Of a stretch of 64,000 bases of DNA, positions 10,021 through 20,157 are shown piece by piece. The stretch spans positions 42,475 to 106,474 of the forward strand of contig JAFCCL010000006.1 of NCBI GenBank assembly GCA_017610205.1. Direction: 5' to 3'. Below the pieces are notes generated by a model. The model was given only the letters and a program-made list of their open reading frames with translations. It had not been told where the DNA came from and made no database searches. The position numbers and the translations under genes were made by a program. The first letter of the stretch is position 1. Each line of letters begins with the position of its first letter. The stretch comes from Candidatus Iainarchaeum sp. (lineage in GTDB: Archaea > Iainarchaeota > Iainarchaeia > Iainarchaeales > GCA-2688035).

Positions 10021-11502
10021 TTATCTTTTTTTATTCTTAGAAATATACTTTTTGTATATTTTAATTTTTTCTTTCAGTTTTTTTTCAGCTTTAGTTTGTT
10101 TTCCAGATTCCTTTTCAGCTTTAAATTGTTTTTTGTGTTCCTTTTCCTTTTCAATATTGACAATGGTTATAACCAGAGGTTCACCTTCTTCATAGCCAAT
10201 AACTGCAGGCAATGGAACAGAATTTGCTTCAGGCTGTGAAATTAACAAAGGAACAGTGTATGAAAAAGTTGTTAGCTTCATTGCACCAACCTTTTCCAAA
10301 ATAAATTCAGCTACGGAATCAAACTTTTTTACATTGATTTTTGTATCCTCAGATTTTTCTAAAAAAGTTTTGCCAAAAAACCTTGGAATTTTAACTGCTA
10401 CCTTTGCATTCAACCAGTTTCTGTTAGTGTTGTTTTCAATTGTAACCATTACCGTTGTTTCAAAACTTGCTTCTCCTTTTTTTGTTACAACAAGACAGCA
10501 TTTAACCGACTGTAAAACATTTGTTCTGGCAGCAAACTCCATTGCGTTTTCCCTCACCTCTGCTTTTAATCCGAGTTTGTCAAGAATCCAACCCACATCG
10601 TAATCGTTTGCTGTTCCCTCTGACTCGGCAGCAAAAAGCCTCACACGATCTTCATCTTCAACACCATCAACAAGAGTTTCAGAAGGCATTATTTTCATAG
10701 GGTACTTTCCGCCTGCAAAACGCTTTGTTGTAAAAAATATTCCTGCAAAAAGCAGAGCGACTAAAACAATAATTGCAATCGTTTGCAATAACTCAAAAGG
10801 AAACGGCGGAGGAGTTAAAGGCAGTGCATTCACAGAAAAATCTTTTATAAGCTTTGCGGATTCGGTGCCTGATAAGGTAGTTACCATAAGCTTATAATTT
10901 CCTATCGGCAAACTAGGGCCAAGCCTTGTTATTTCATTAATCCCACTTACAGCAATATTCTGCGAATTAGACCAAACAACTTCACCATCCTTTGTTATCT
11001 GCTCATGTAATTGAATAGGTGTTTCATCAACATCGTTTGTCTTAATAGAATAAGCAAAGCCCAGCTGGCCTCCTTCATCCAGACCATCAAGTATAATTGC
11101 ACCAAGCTGGGGCATCACAGGAACAATTTTTCTCACTTCAATTGTCTTGTTTGCCAAAACATTTGCATCATTGCACTTTAATTCAATCAAAAAATTGTAA
11201 ATGCCCTCAAGGTGGCTTGGCAAAAGCACATTTGCATTTCCAGATTTTGTCTCATCGCTATCGAGAAAAATATTATCACTGCCCTTGCTTACTTTTTCAT
11301 TGTCAACCTCAATCCAATAGCTTACATAGCCTGTACATGGCGGACCAGCCCTGTTTCCTGCATAATACACAAAATCAAGAGGAGCTCCTGCTTTTACAAT
11401 AACAGGCATGTCCTCAATTTTTAGCTCGAGAATGTTTTCTTCAGCCACAGTAAGCTGGGCAAAAAAGACCAAAATAACCAGAAGGAACAACAATTTTTTC
11501 AT
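10021..11502 (-). CDS. Membrane-anchored surface protein with Ig-like domains and a cytoplasmic tail
   Basis: Signal peptide, central TM, basic C-terminus; LDFVYY domain paralogous to 11628-13325. Confidence 0.8.
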   Translation of the reverse strand: MKKLLFLLVILVFFAQLTVAEENILELKIEDMPVIVKAGAPLDFVYYAGNRAGPPCTGYVSYWIEVDNEKVSKGSDNIFLDSDETKSGNANVLLPSHLEGIYNFLIELKCNDANVLANKTIEVRKIVPVMPQLGAIILDGLDEGGQLGFAYSIKTNDVDETPIQLHEQITKDGEVVWSNSQNIAVSGINEITRLGPSLPIGNYKLMVTTLSGTESAKLIKDFSVNALPLTPPPFPFELLQTIAIIVLVALLFAGIFFTTKRFAGGKYPMKIMPSETLVDGVEDEDRVRLFAAESEGTANDYDVGWILDKLGLKAEVRENAMEFAARTNVLQSVKCCLVVTKKGEASFETTVMVTIENNTNRNWLNAKVAVKIPRFFGKTFLEKSEDTKINVKKFDSVAEFILEKVGAMKLTTFSYTVPLLISQPEANSVPLPAVIGYEEGEPLVITIVNIEKEKEHKKQFKAEKESGKQTKAEKKLKEKIKIYKKYISKNKKR

Positions 11503-11627
11503 TCAACTTCTCCTTTTATTAAACACTAGTATATAGAAGTCCTTTTTAGTATAAAATTGTTTTTACAAACCTAGCAAAAGAACAATCAGTACCCCCAAAA
11601 AAAGCACAATTTCAAAAAGTTTGTCAA

Positions 11628-13325
11628 TTACCCAAATTTAGGGCTGTTTTCCTTCATTGATTTGAGCTTTTTTGCCAAAACCAGCATTGCAATCACAGCA
11701 AGAATTGCCACTATTATCCATGGAATAATTTCAAAAAATGTTGCAACAAGAGACTGGTCTGAAGGAGATGGTGGAGTTGACGGAAGCAGTCCTGCAGATG
11801 GCTTTATTTCAAAAGAATACATATCAGTATCTGTTTCACCCTGATAAACAGCATCTACTTCAAGCCGGTAGTTGCCTGGTTCCAACCCATAAACTTCTTC
11901 GGAAAATTTCTGCAGGATTTGAACAGCCACTGTTTGCTTCTTTTCCCAAACCAGCGAATCGTTTAAATAAAGCCGTTCATTAACAAGCACTGGCAAAACC
12001 GCGTCCTTGTTTGATTCAATTGTCATTGAAAAAGACAATGGCTCTGCACCACCGCCTGGCAAAAGTGAAGTAATATCAATTCCGATTTTTGTCGGAACAC
12101 CTTTTCCAACAGTTATTAGCCTTTCCACTTCAACGTTTTCCTGCTCTTCCCTTGACAATTGCAGATGGAACTCATACAAGCCATCCATGTCTTCAAACAA
12201 AAGAAGGTTTGCATTGATTTCCCTTATTTCACCAGATACAAGATAAACTGTTTCACTTCCACTTACAAATTTCACATCATCTTTTTCAAGCCAATATTCA
12301 ATATATGCATTGTCATTTGAGTTTGTTCCATTTGTTATAAGATAGGTAAAATCAAGTTTCTCACCTGCTTCAACAGGGTCATCAATTCGGATAAGGATTA
12401 TATTAAAATCATTTTCCAAAACAGCCCCTGGAAAAACGCCGCCTCCACCAGGAACAGGTGAAGGTGTTGGCGTTGGTCCAGGTCCTGGAGGAGTATATGT
12501 TGTTTGCACTATCAAACTGTTGTTGTCAGCGTAATCCGTTGCCTTCACATAATAGGTATGGCTTGTTAATCCGCTTCCAGAAAAGACATGGGAAAGGGCG
12601 AGCCCTGTCCTTAGCCAGCTTCCACTGTCTTCCTTAATATAATATGTTTCAATTCCTGTAAACGAATCCTGTCCGTTCCATAAAAGGGCAACATTGGAGC
12701 CGCTTTGTGCAGCCGAAATGCTTGTAATTACAGGGGCTGTTGCATCATAATGTACAATCCTTTCAATGGGCAAACCACAATTATTCAAATCGTCAGCTGC
12801 ATAAAAAACAACGTTGTTGTCAGCGTCAACCGCCAAACCTGTTTCAACATAGCTGCAGTAGAACTCTCCCCTAAATTCGACGCAGTCAGTACTGCCATTA
12901 AAGTCAGTGCTTGCAAGGCCATTTAGATCTACTCTAGCACTGTAGTTGTTTACATCAGCAGTTGGGGTTTTGTTCAAGTCAAAAATGATTGTTGGATTAC
13001 TGTTAATGTTTGCATCCTGAACAGGGTTTTCTATATTGATTAGAACGCCAACAGGCCATCCGTCTAAAATTGTTGCAATCCAACCAAGCTGGAGATAGTA
13101 GCTGCTTGAGGATACTTCACCGGCAATTGGCTGCCCTGTTGTACTAATCATGCCATAAGAACTTGAGCCAGTTTCTTCACCACTTACTATAGCCAGTTGA
13201 ATTGGGTTTATTTTGTAAGCTGTTGTAATCGAGGGGAGAAGTAAAAGAGTAAGGCAAAGAACAATCAGTGGCTTGAAGAAAAATTGCTTTTTAAAAAAAA
13301 TGTTTGTTTTTTCATTTTCAGACAC
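11628..13325 (-). CDS. Surface protein with Ig-like domains, Pro/Gly linker and C-terminal TM anchor
   Basis: Signal peptide, DATAP Ig motif, PGPTPTPSPVPGGGG linker, C-terminal TM. Confidence 0.85.
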   Translation of the reverse strand: MSENEKTNIFFKKQFFFKPLIVLCLTLLLLPSITTAYKINPIQLAIVSGEETGSSSYGMISTTGQPIAGEVSSSSYYLQLGWIATILDGWPVGVLINIENPVQDANINSNPTIIFDLNKTPTADVNNYSARVDLNGLASTDFNGSTDCVEFRGEFYCSYVETGLAVDADNNVVFYAADDLNNCGLPIERIVHYDATAPVITSISAAQSGSNVALLWNGQDSFTGIETYYIKEDSGSWLRTGLALSHVFSGSGLTSHTYYVKATDYADNNSLIVQTTYTPPGPGPTPTPSPVPGGGGVFPGAVLENDFNIILIRIDDPVEAGEKLDFTYLITNGTNSNDNAYIEYWLEKDDVKFVSGSETVYLVSGEIREINANLLLFEDMDGLYEFHLQLSREEQENVEVERLITVGKGVPTKIGIDITSLLPGGGAEPLSFSMTIESNKDAVLPVLVNERLYLNDSLVWEKKQTVAVQILQKFSEEVYGLEPGNYRLEVDAVYQGETDTDMYSFEIKPSAGLLPSTPPSPSDQSLVATFFEIIPWIIVAILAVIAMLVLAKKLKSMKENSPKFG

Positions 13326-13539
13326 AGGATTAGCCCCCCAACTTTCCTAAAAAATAATTTTTCAGCCCAAAATTTATACGGGCAATTATTTTTTCCCAGT
13401 ATATTAAAGGCTTTTAAAATTTAAAAAGCCATTGTTATCAATATCTTGGATTACACCTGAATCCAATAAGAAAGACTTGTTTTAATTACATTTATTAATT
13501 AGAAAAGCGTTTTATTGGGTAGTGGAAAAGTGACTGGAA

Positions 13540-15447
13540 ATGACTGAAGAAAAGAAAGCACTAAAAGGCAATGAAAAGCAAATTGAGAAAAAAAAGAAAA
13601 TGCAAGCAAAGTCAGTGGTAAAAAAAGAAGGCCTTTGGGCAAATAAGGTTGAAAACAAAATGCAGGGAGAAGAAATTGAAAAAAATGGCGGGATTGCCTT
13701 TTTGCAGACACCTATTGACAAGTTTGTAGGACTTATTAAAAGAAATGGTAAGATGTCGTTTAAGGCGCTTGCAAACCAACTTGGATGGAGTGTTGAAAGC
13801 GTTGAAAAAGTCGGACTTGTTTTGGAAAAAAGAGGCGTTGTTGACGTGCGCTATCCGGCACTTGTTACAGCAAAGCCAAATATTTCTTTTATAAAAGAGC
13901 TTCCTTCAATTCCAAGATACGAAATTAGGGGAACTTTGCTTGAAAAATACCGTTACATTATTGACTTTGTTCCTGCAACAATTGAAATCTACAAAGTAAA
14001 AGAAGAACAGCGGCCGGTTTACCACATAGTCACTCCTTATGTTGGAGCATATACCCGTGCATTTTTTGAAGAACTAAAGGAGAATATTGCGGAACAGATT
14101 CCAATAGAGGCATCTGAAATAACAGACAACAGAAAAGGATTTGAATTGAAAAAAAGATTTTTTATAATTGCAAGAAAAGAGCTTAAAAGCTACCTTGCAG
14201 AAAGTCAGCCAAGAATTGTTGACGTACTTGCAGGACTTTTGCTGCATGCAATGTACGGACTTGGAGAACTGGAAATTTTACTTGGGGACAACAACCTTGA
14301 AGAAGTAGCAGTTAACAGTGCAAAAACTCCGATTACAGTTTATCATCGAAAATATGGATGGATGGAAACAACTATTTTTATGCAGTCAGAAGACGATATA
14401 TTCAATTACGCAGCCCAGATTGGAAGAAAGGTTGGCAGAAATATTAACACCCTGCACCCTATCCTAGATGCACATCTTGTTTCAGGAGACAGGGTTAGTG
14501 CCACACTCAGCCCGGTAAGCAGTTCAGGCAACACAATTACAATAAGAAGATTTGCAAGGCGCCCTTGGACAATAGTTGATTTTATTGGAAAAGTTCACAC
14601 AATGAACATTGAAATGGCGTCATTGCTTTGGATGGCAATGCAGTATGAGATGAGCATTGTGATTGCAGGCGGAACAGCAAGTGGAAAAACAAGCTGTTTA
14701 AATGCATTGACTGCAATGATTCCTGCATACCATAGGACTATTTCAATTGAAGATGTTAGGGAAATAATGCTGCCAAAATACATGCATTGGAACTGGGTTC
14801 CTTTAACCACAAGAAATCCAAACTCCGAAGGAATGGGAGAGGTTTCAATGCTTAACTTAATGCAGGCATCTCTTAGAATGCGACCTGACAGAATTATTCT
14901 TGGAGAAATCAGGAGAAAGAAGGAAGCAGAAGTATTGTTTGAGGCAATGCACACAGGCCACAGTGTTTACAGCACAATCCACGCAGACAACAGCCAGCAG
15001 GTTTTAAGAAGGCTGACAGAGCCTCCAATTTCACTGCCGCCTTTGGAAATTGAGGCAATAGACCTTGTTCTTGTGCAATACCGGGACAGGAAAAAAAATG
15101 TAAGAAGAACCTATGAAATAAGCGAAGTTGAAAGCGGTGTAAGTGGTGAACAGCTTGGAATAAACACTGTTTTCAAATGGGATCCGAGGACAGACGAATG
15201 GGAAACAGTAAATCCTGCAACCAAATTTATAAGGCAGCTTAATCTGCACACAGGAATGACAGAGGATGAGATAACAAAAAGCCTTGAGTCAAGAGCAGCT
15301 GTGCTGAAATGGGCTGATGAAAACAAACAGAACGAAATAGAGCAGGTTGGTAAAATAATGAAACTTTATTACAGTGAGCCAAAAATTATTGAAAAGGCTG
15401 TATTGGACAATGAAAACCCTGAAACAGTTCTTGGTGGTAAAACATGA
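13540..15447 (+). CDS. Type IV pilus assembly ATPase (TadA/CpaF/FlaI-like) with an N-terminal extension
   Basis: GGTASGKT Walker A; LRMRPDRIILGEIR; TGH...STIHA. Confidence 0.95.
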   Translation: MTEEKKALKGNEKQIEKKKKMQAKSVVKKEGLWANKVENKMQGEEIEKNGGIAFLQTPIDKFVGLIKRNGKMSFKALANQLGWSVESVEKVGLVLEKRGVVDVRYPALVTAKPNISFIKELPSIPRYEIRGTLLEKYRYIIDFVPATIEIYKVKEEQRPVYHIVTPYVGAYTRAFFEELKENIAEQIPIEASEITDNRKGFELKKRFFIIARKELKSYLAESQPRIVDVLAGLLLHAMYGLGELEILLGDNNLEEVAVNSAKTPITVYHRKYGWMETTIFMQSEDDIFNYAAQIGRKVGRNINTLHPILDAHLVSGDRVSATLSPVSSSGNTITIRRFARRPWTIVDFIGKVHTMNIEMASLLWMAMQYEMSIVIAGGTASGKTSCLNALTAMIPAYHRTISIEDVREIMLPKYMHWNWVPLTTRNPNSEGMGEVSMLNLMQASLRMRPDRIILGEIRRKKEAEVLFEAMHTGHSVYSTIHADNSQQVLRRLTEPPISLPPLEIEAIDLVLVQYRDRKKNVRRTYEISEVESGVSGEQLGINTVFKWDPRTDEWETVNPATKFIRQLNLHTGMTEDEITKSLESRAAVLKWADENKQNEIEQVGKIMKLYYSEPKIIEKAVLDNENPETVLGGKT

Positions 15448-16331
15448 GGGTAAAATTCATGCTTTTTTCAATTGAAAGAGCAAACAAGGTCAACAGGCAT
15501 TTTGTTTGGATTGGAGAAAAACTAAAAACTATTTTTTCAAATTTCAAATATACTCTTATGCAGTCAGATCTTAAAATTTCTACTGAAAAATATTTAACAG
15601 CGGCATTTTTTAGCGCACTTGTATACGGTTTGCTTTTCTTCGTGTTTATTTATGGATTGCAGTTTGCAAGAGACGGAACAGTTACTGCAGAAGGCAATAT
15701 CATATCGTTTGTTGTAGGCCTTATGTTCTTTGTCATTTTCTTCATTCTGCACATAATCTACCCCGGAATTATGGCAAAACAGCATGCAACAGGAATTGAC
15801 CAAAATCTTTTGTTTGCATTGAAAAGCATGATGATTCAGGTAAGCAGTGGAGTTTCATTGTTTGACTCAATGATAAACATAGGCAATGAAGATTACGGAA
15901 TTGTAAGCAAAGAGTTTGCAGAATTGACAAAAAAAATAAGTTCAGGAGAAGGCGAAGTAAAAGCCCTTGAAAAAATGGCTTTAAGCACAAAAAGCGATTA
16001 TCTTAGAAAAACCACTTGGCAACTGTTAACATCTTTGAGAAGCGGAGCTTCTTTGGAGAGTGCCTTAAAATCAATTGTTGAAACACTTTCAAACAATCAG
16101 GCAAGGGCAATAAAAAATTATGCAGCTGAGTTAAATCTGTGGATTTTGGTTTATTTGCTTTTGGCAGTAGCTATTCCAACTATGGGAGTAACCTTTTTGG
16201 TTATTCTTTCCGCATTAGGCGGTGTATCTATTGGACCAGAACTTATTATACTGATTGTATTGGGGGCATTTGCAATGCAAATTATTTTGATTGGATTTGT
16301 CAAAAACAGAATGCCAAAGGTGATTGCATGA
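15444..16331 (+). CDS. Type II secretion system F family (TadB/C-like) membrane platform protein
   Basis: Multi-TM with T2SSF-like domain; follows the ATPase. Confidence 0.9.
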   Translation: MRVKFMLFSIERANKVNRHFVWIGEKLKTIFSNFKYTLMQSDLKISTEKYLTAAFFSALVYGLLFFVFIYGLQFARDGTVTAEGNIISFVVGLMFFVIFFILHIIYPGIMAKQHATGIDQNLLFALKSMMIQVSSGVSLFDSMINIGNEDYGIVSKEFAELTKKISSGEGEVKALEKMALSTKSDYLRKTTWQLLTSLRSGASLESALKSIVETLSNNQARAIKNYAAELNLWILVYLLLAVAIPTMGVTFLVILSALGGVSIGPELIILIVLGAFAMQIILIGFVKNRMPKVIA

Positions 16332-17368
16332 GTAAAACAGCAAGTGGAACATATGAAAGGGTGTGCAAAACAGTCTGCGAAATTGTTCCACAGGAAAGAA
16401 GAGTTGCAAAAGTTTTTCCAAAGCTTAAGTATGCTGGCATAAAAGAAAATTTTGATGTCTGGATTGGAAAAAGAATGATTTTGGTTTTCTTTGCAGGAGT
16501 AATTGGATTTCTTTTGCCTTTGGCTCTTGGAAGATACTTTGCATTTCTTGACTTTTCAGCCTTTGTAATGCCTTTGTTTGAAGCAATAGGTCTTGGAATT
16601 GCTTTTGCACTTGCAGCAGTGCTTGCAGTTTACCTTCATCTTTATTACACAATTGAAGGCCGTGCTTCAATGGTTGAAGCAATTTTGCCTGACTTTTTGA
16701 TGCTTGTAGCAAGCAATATTAGTGCAGGAATGACTCCTTTTTCAGCATTTAGGGAAGGTGCAAGGAAAGAATTTGGGCCTTTAAGTGAGGAAATAAAAAT
16801 TGCTTCTGCAAAAAGCCTTGGAACAAAAAGCTTTGGACTAGCCCTAAAACAGCTTACAGTAAAAATAAATTCAAAGATTTTGAGGGAAACAGTTTCATTC
16901 TTTGCACAGTCTCTGAAAAGCGGAGGCAAGCTCTCAAAGCTTCTTGAAACAAGCGCCCTTGACTTAAGAAGGACACAGGAAATGAAAAAGGATTTGGCTT
17001 CAAGTACAAGAATGTATATAATGTTTGTTGCATTTGTAATAGTAATCGCAACCCCATTGCTTTTAGGAGTATCAATTCAATTCCTTGAAATGATTTCCAC
17101 TGTACAGGGAGAGCAATTGTCACAGGGAAGCCAAGGAATTTCAAGCGTTACGTTTCTTTCATCAGAATTGAATGTAAAACCAGCCTTTATGCTAAACCTT
17201 TCCTATATTTTGCTTACTGGAAATGCAATTCTTGCATCGCTCTTTATAGGAGTTATTGGAGGCGGAAAGGCAAAAATGGGCTTAAGATATACTCCTGCAA
17301 TTCTAATTTCCTCAATAATTGTGTTTGTTTTCCTTGAACAAATTCTTAATTCAATGTTTGGAATTTAA
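16328..17368 (+). CDS. Type II secretion system F family (TadC-like) membrane platform protein
   Basis: LPDFLMLVASNISAGMTP, EFGPLSEEI; start at MSKTAS by ATGA overlap. Confidence 0.9.
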   Translation: MSKTASGTYERVCKTVCEIVPQERRVAKVFPKLKYAGIKENFDVWIGKRMILVFFAGVIGFLLPLALGRYFAFLDFSAFVMPLFEAIGLGIAFALAAVLAVYLHLYYTIEGRASMVEAILPDFLMLVASNISAGMTPFSAFREGARKEFGPLSEEIKIASAKSLGTKSFGLALKQLTVKINSKILRETVSFFAQSLKSGGKLSKLLETSALDLRRTQEMKKDLASSTRMYIMFVAFVIVIATPLLLGVSIQFLEMISTVQGEQLSQGSQGISSVTFLSSELNVKPAFMLNLSYILLTGNAILASLFIGVIGGGKAKMGLRYTPAILISSIIVFVFLEQILNSMFGI

Positions 17369-17553
17369 ATTAATCAAACTTGCTCAAAAAGTAAGTATTT
17401 AGTTGGGTCTATCTTCAAGGCTCAGAAATGCGTTAAAACTGCCAAAATTGAAAAATAGCACTCAGTGACTAAATACGTACCTCAAAAAAAAGCTTTATAT
17501 AGAAGAAAACACTAATTAAAACCAGTTTTATTAAATTAAACGGAGGGAAAAAG

Positions 17554-18012
17554 ATGAAGTTTAAAGGTCAAGGGACAACAGAATATCTGATAATCCTTGC
17601 AGTTATAATTGTAGTTGCATTGGTTGTTGTCGGCGTAATGGGCTGGTTTCCAGGACTTGGAACAGGCATTACAGAAAGCCAGAGCAAAGCATACTGGAAA
17701 AGCGCTTCGCCAATAGCAATAACCGACTGGAAAATCACAGGAACTGCAGCAGATGCCACATTCTCTTTACAGAATCTGACAACCGACAAAATATCGGTTA
17801 CTGAGATAACAATTGATGGCGCAGCAATTGGATTGGCAGACGTCAACATTGCAGCAGGAGACACCAACGGAAGCGTTACAGGCTCAACAGGCATTGCATG
17901 CTCAAGCGGCTCAAGCTACCAATACAATATATCAATAAGCTATGATGTTGTAGGCGGAATTTCAGGCAAGACCGAAACAGGGCAAAAGCCATTAGTTGGA
18001 AGCTGTCCATAA
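17554..18012 (+). CDS. Probable major type IV pilin
   Basis: MKFKGQGTTEYLIILAVII; own promoter, ggaggg RBS and terminator. Confidence 0.9.
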   Translation: MKFKGQGTTEYLIILAVIIVVALVVVGVMGWFPGLGTGITESQSKAYWKSASPIAITDWKITGTAADATFSLQNLTTDKISVTEITIDGAAIGLADVNIAAGDTNGSVTGSTGIACSSGSSYQYNISISYDVVGGISGKTETGQKPLVGSCP

Positions 18013-18030
18013 AAAAAAGTGTTTTATTCA

Positions 18031-18066
18031 ATGGGAAGCATTGTACTTCCCACTATTTTTCATTTT
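18031..18066 (+). terminator. Hairpin plus T tract after the pilin gene
   Basis: tgggaag...cttccca followed by tattttt. Confidence 0.55.
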
Positions 18067-18089
18067 GTTAAATTTAAGTAGGCTATATT

Positions 18090-18386
18090 CTAAAATATTG
18101 AAAAACCCATAAAAATAAAGTAAGCATAGAAAAACACCTGCGCAAGAATTAATGCAGACGAAGTAAAAATTGTCGACTTCCTGTTTTTTGAAAACCTTTT
18201 AACAAAATTCAGCAATAGTACAATAAGAAAAAGAATTAATGGAAGTGAAAGAATAAAAATGTTCAACACCCACTTTTCAGGAATTCCCCAAACAAACCAA
18301 GTTGAAATTATCTTGTAGGCAAAATTTACCCCAGGCAACACAGCCAGAAAAGAAATTACTATAAAGGCAAGGTTTAATTTTTTCAT
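18090..18386 (-). CDS. Small three-TM membrane protein
   Basis: 98 aa, hydrophobic. Confidence 0.7.
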   Translation of the reverse strand: MKKLNLAFIVISFLAVLPGVNFAYKIISTWFVWGIPEKWVLNIFILSLPLILFLIVLLLNFVKRFSKNRKSTIFTSSALILAQVFFYAYFIFMGFSIF

Positions 18387-18425
18387 TCAAAAAAAGAAAA
18401 GGAACAAAACCTATTTAATTGAAAT

Positions 18426-18460
18426 GCCTCAGTCCGCCCATCTTATTTGAAAGATGAAGA
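18426..18460 (-). repeat. attR-like copy of the box C/D sRNA 3' end (copy 3)
   Basis: Minus strand TCTTCATCTTTCAAATAAGATGGGCGGACTGAGGC. Confidence 0.8.
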
Positions 18461-18474
18461 TTTAATTCCATTTT

Positions 18475-18924
18475 TTAAGAGTTCTTGGATTTAACGATGT
18501 CTTTTGCTTTTTCAATGAATTTTTCCGCTTTGTCATATAACTCGCTTAGGTTTTCCTCAAACTTCACTCTTGTGACATTGTATTGAACTTCCTGTCTTAG
18601 TCCCCTCAACAAATCAAATAATGATAAGTCCTCTGAGCTGAGCATTCCTTTTTCGCTGAATTTTTCTTCCAGGTATTTCTGCAGGCAATAGTGGCTTTTC
18701 TCCTTTACTCCATGCAAATAAAGTATTGCTCTTGCTGCATGAAAAGCCGCATTGTACATTGCTATTGCAGCCATCTCTTCCTTTTTAATGTTTATTAAAT
18801 CAAAACTTTCATTCAGAAAAAATTCAGCTTGTGCAAGATCCTGCAATGCAAGCCTCTTGCTTTTAGTGGTTTTCTTGAGTAATCCTTTCTCAAAACAATC
18901 ATCAACCTCAGTCAAGTTCTTCAC
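18475..18924 (-). CDS. HEPN domain toxin
   Basis: YNAAFHAARAIL, KSH, LRQEVQY (RxxxxY). Confidence 0.9.
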   Translation of the reverse strand: MKNLTEVDDCFEKGLLKKTTKSKRLALQDLAQAEFFLNESFDLINIKKEEMAAIAMYNAAFHAARAILYLHGVKEKSHYCLQKYLEEKFSEKGMLSSEDLSLFDLLRGLRQEVQYNVTRVKFEENLSELYDKAEKFIEKAKDIVKSKNS

Positions 18925-19465
18925 CTTCTAAGACAATTGATTTAGCCCTTATTTGCTGCAACAATTCTGTTTTCTCTTTTTCCATTAAATCAACTTTGCT
19001 TTTAGTCAACGTAATTAACTGCACATCTCTTTTTAGCTGGTTACTCAGCTCTCTTTTGATTTGGCTTATTAAAAGCGAATCTGGCTTTTTTTTAAAATAA
19101 ATTGCCAAATCAATATCACTGTCACCAGTCATTTTTCCGGTCGCAGCACTGCCAAACAAGTAAACGCCTAAAGGCCGTAACTTGACCAAGTTTTTAAATG
19201 GCCTGGTTATTGTGATTTCATGCACAAGAATAGTTCTCAGTATGCTTGTCGTTAGAGGATTATTATAATTCAGACTGAAAATTTTTCGGTTCTTTTGTTT
19301 TGCCACCACAACAATTTTTTTTAGTGCAAGCTTTGTCATTATTTTGTGAACAGTACTTGGAGCAAGACCTGTTTTTTCAGCAAGCTCTCGCAGATAGTAT
19401 TTCTTATTCAAAAGAAGCTCTAATAGTCGAAATGTGCTTTCATTAAGAAAATCAATATTACCCAT
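18908..19465 (-). CDS. HTH plus minimal nucleotidyltransferase (MNT) antitoxin
   Basis: N-terminal wHTH; LFGSAATG...SDIDL. Confidence 0.9.
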   Translation of the reverse strand: MGNIDFLNESTFRLLELLLNKKYYLRELAEKTGLAPSTVHKIMTKLALKKIVVVAKQKNRKIFSLNYNNPLTTSILRTILVHEITITRPFKNLVKLRPLGVYLFGSAATGKMTGDSDIDLAIYFKKKPDSLLISQIKRELSNQLKRDVQLITLTKSKVDLMEKEKTELLQQIRAKSIVLEGEELD

Positions 19466-19523
19466 GTAATAATACCAAACGTTCATATATAAAAACGTTT
19501 CGTTCACACAGAAAAACAATAAA

Positions 19524-19558
19524 GCCTCAGTCCACCCATCTCTCTCGAAAAATGAAGA
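19524..19558 (-). repeat. attR-like copy of the box C/D sRNA 3' end (copy 2)
   Basis: Minus strand TCTTCATTTTTCGAGAGAGATGGGTGGACTGAGGC; 29/35 identical to copy 3. Confidence 0.8.
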
Positions 19559-19583
19559 AAGACTTACAAGACCTTGAAAAGCA

Positions 19584-19814
19584 TTATTTTAGAAACTTAG
19601 CCAGTTCTTCAATGTCAAGGTTAGCTTGCCTTAGAATGGATTTCATTGTACCTGTTCTAATCACTTGTTTCAAAGGAATAATAACAGTAAGCTTTCTTCC
19701 GCTTGCAAATTTCCTGAGCTTTACATGACTCCCCCTCTGCTTGACAGATTTAAAGCCAGCCTTCTCCAAAGCTTTAATTACTTCCTTTCCTGAAAGAACT
19801 GGAAACTTAGGCAC
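19584..19814 (-). CDS. hicA: HicA toxin
   Basis: LEKAGF...QRGSHVKL...GTMKSILRQA. Confidence 0.92.
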   Translation of the reverse strand: MPKFPVLSGKEVIKALEKAGFKSVKQRGSHVKLRKFASGRKLTVIIPLKQVIRTGTMKSILRQANLDIEELAKFLK

Positions 19815-20016
19815 AGGCTTTCACTTCAAAAGTAGTGACAAAAGGAGCAATATCTGAAAGCTTTATGTCCTTCTTGTCTTCCAAATAGAGTTCAACAGCC
19901 TCTTTCAAATTAGCCAGAGCATCTTCTATTGAATTGCCTTGCGAAGCAACATCAAGCTCAGGGCACAAAGCAACATACTCGCCCTCTTCTTTACTAATTA
20001 CTGCAGATAATCTCAA
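19807..20016 (-). CDS. hicB: HicB antitoxin
   Basis: YVALCPELDVASQGNSIEDALANLKEAVELY. Confidence 0.92.
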   Translation of the reverse strand: MRLSAVISKEEGEYVALCPELDVASQGNSIEDALANLKEAVELYLEDKKDIKLSDIAPFVTTFEVKACA

Positions 20017-20157
20017 AATATCACCTAGTATATTTAATGGATAAACAGTATAAAAAAAGATTTGTTTCCCACCAATTTAACTCTAAAAATGAGCTCAGGC
20101 GTGCAATATGGTAGAAAGATAATATTTAATTGTTTAAGATGCATCATTCTGTTAAAG

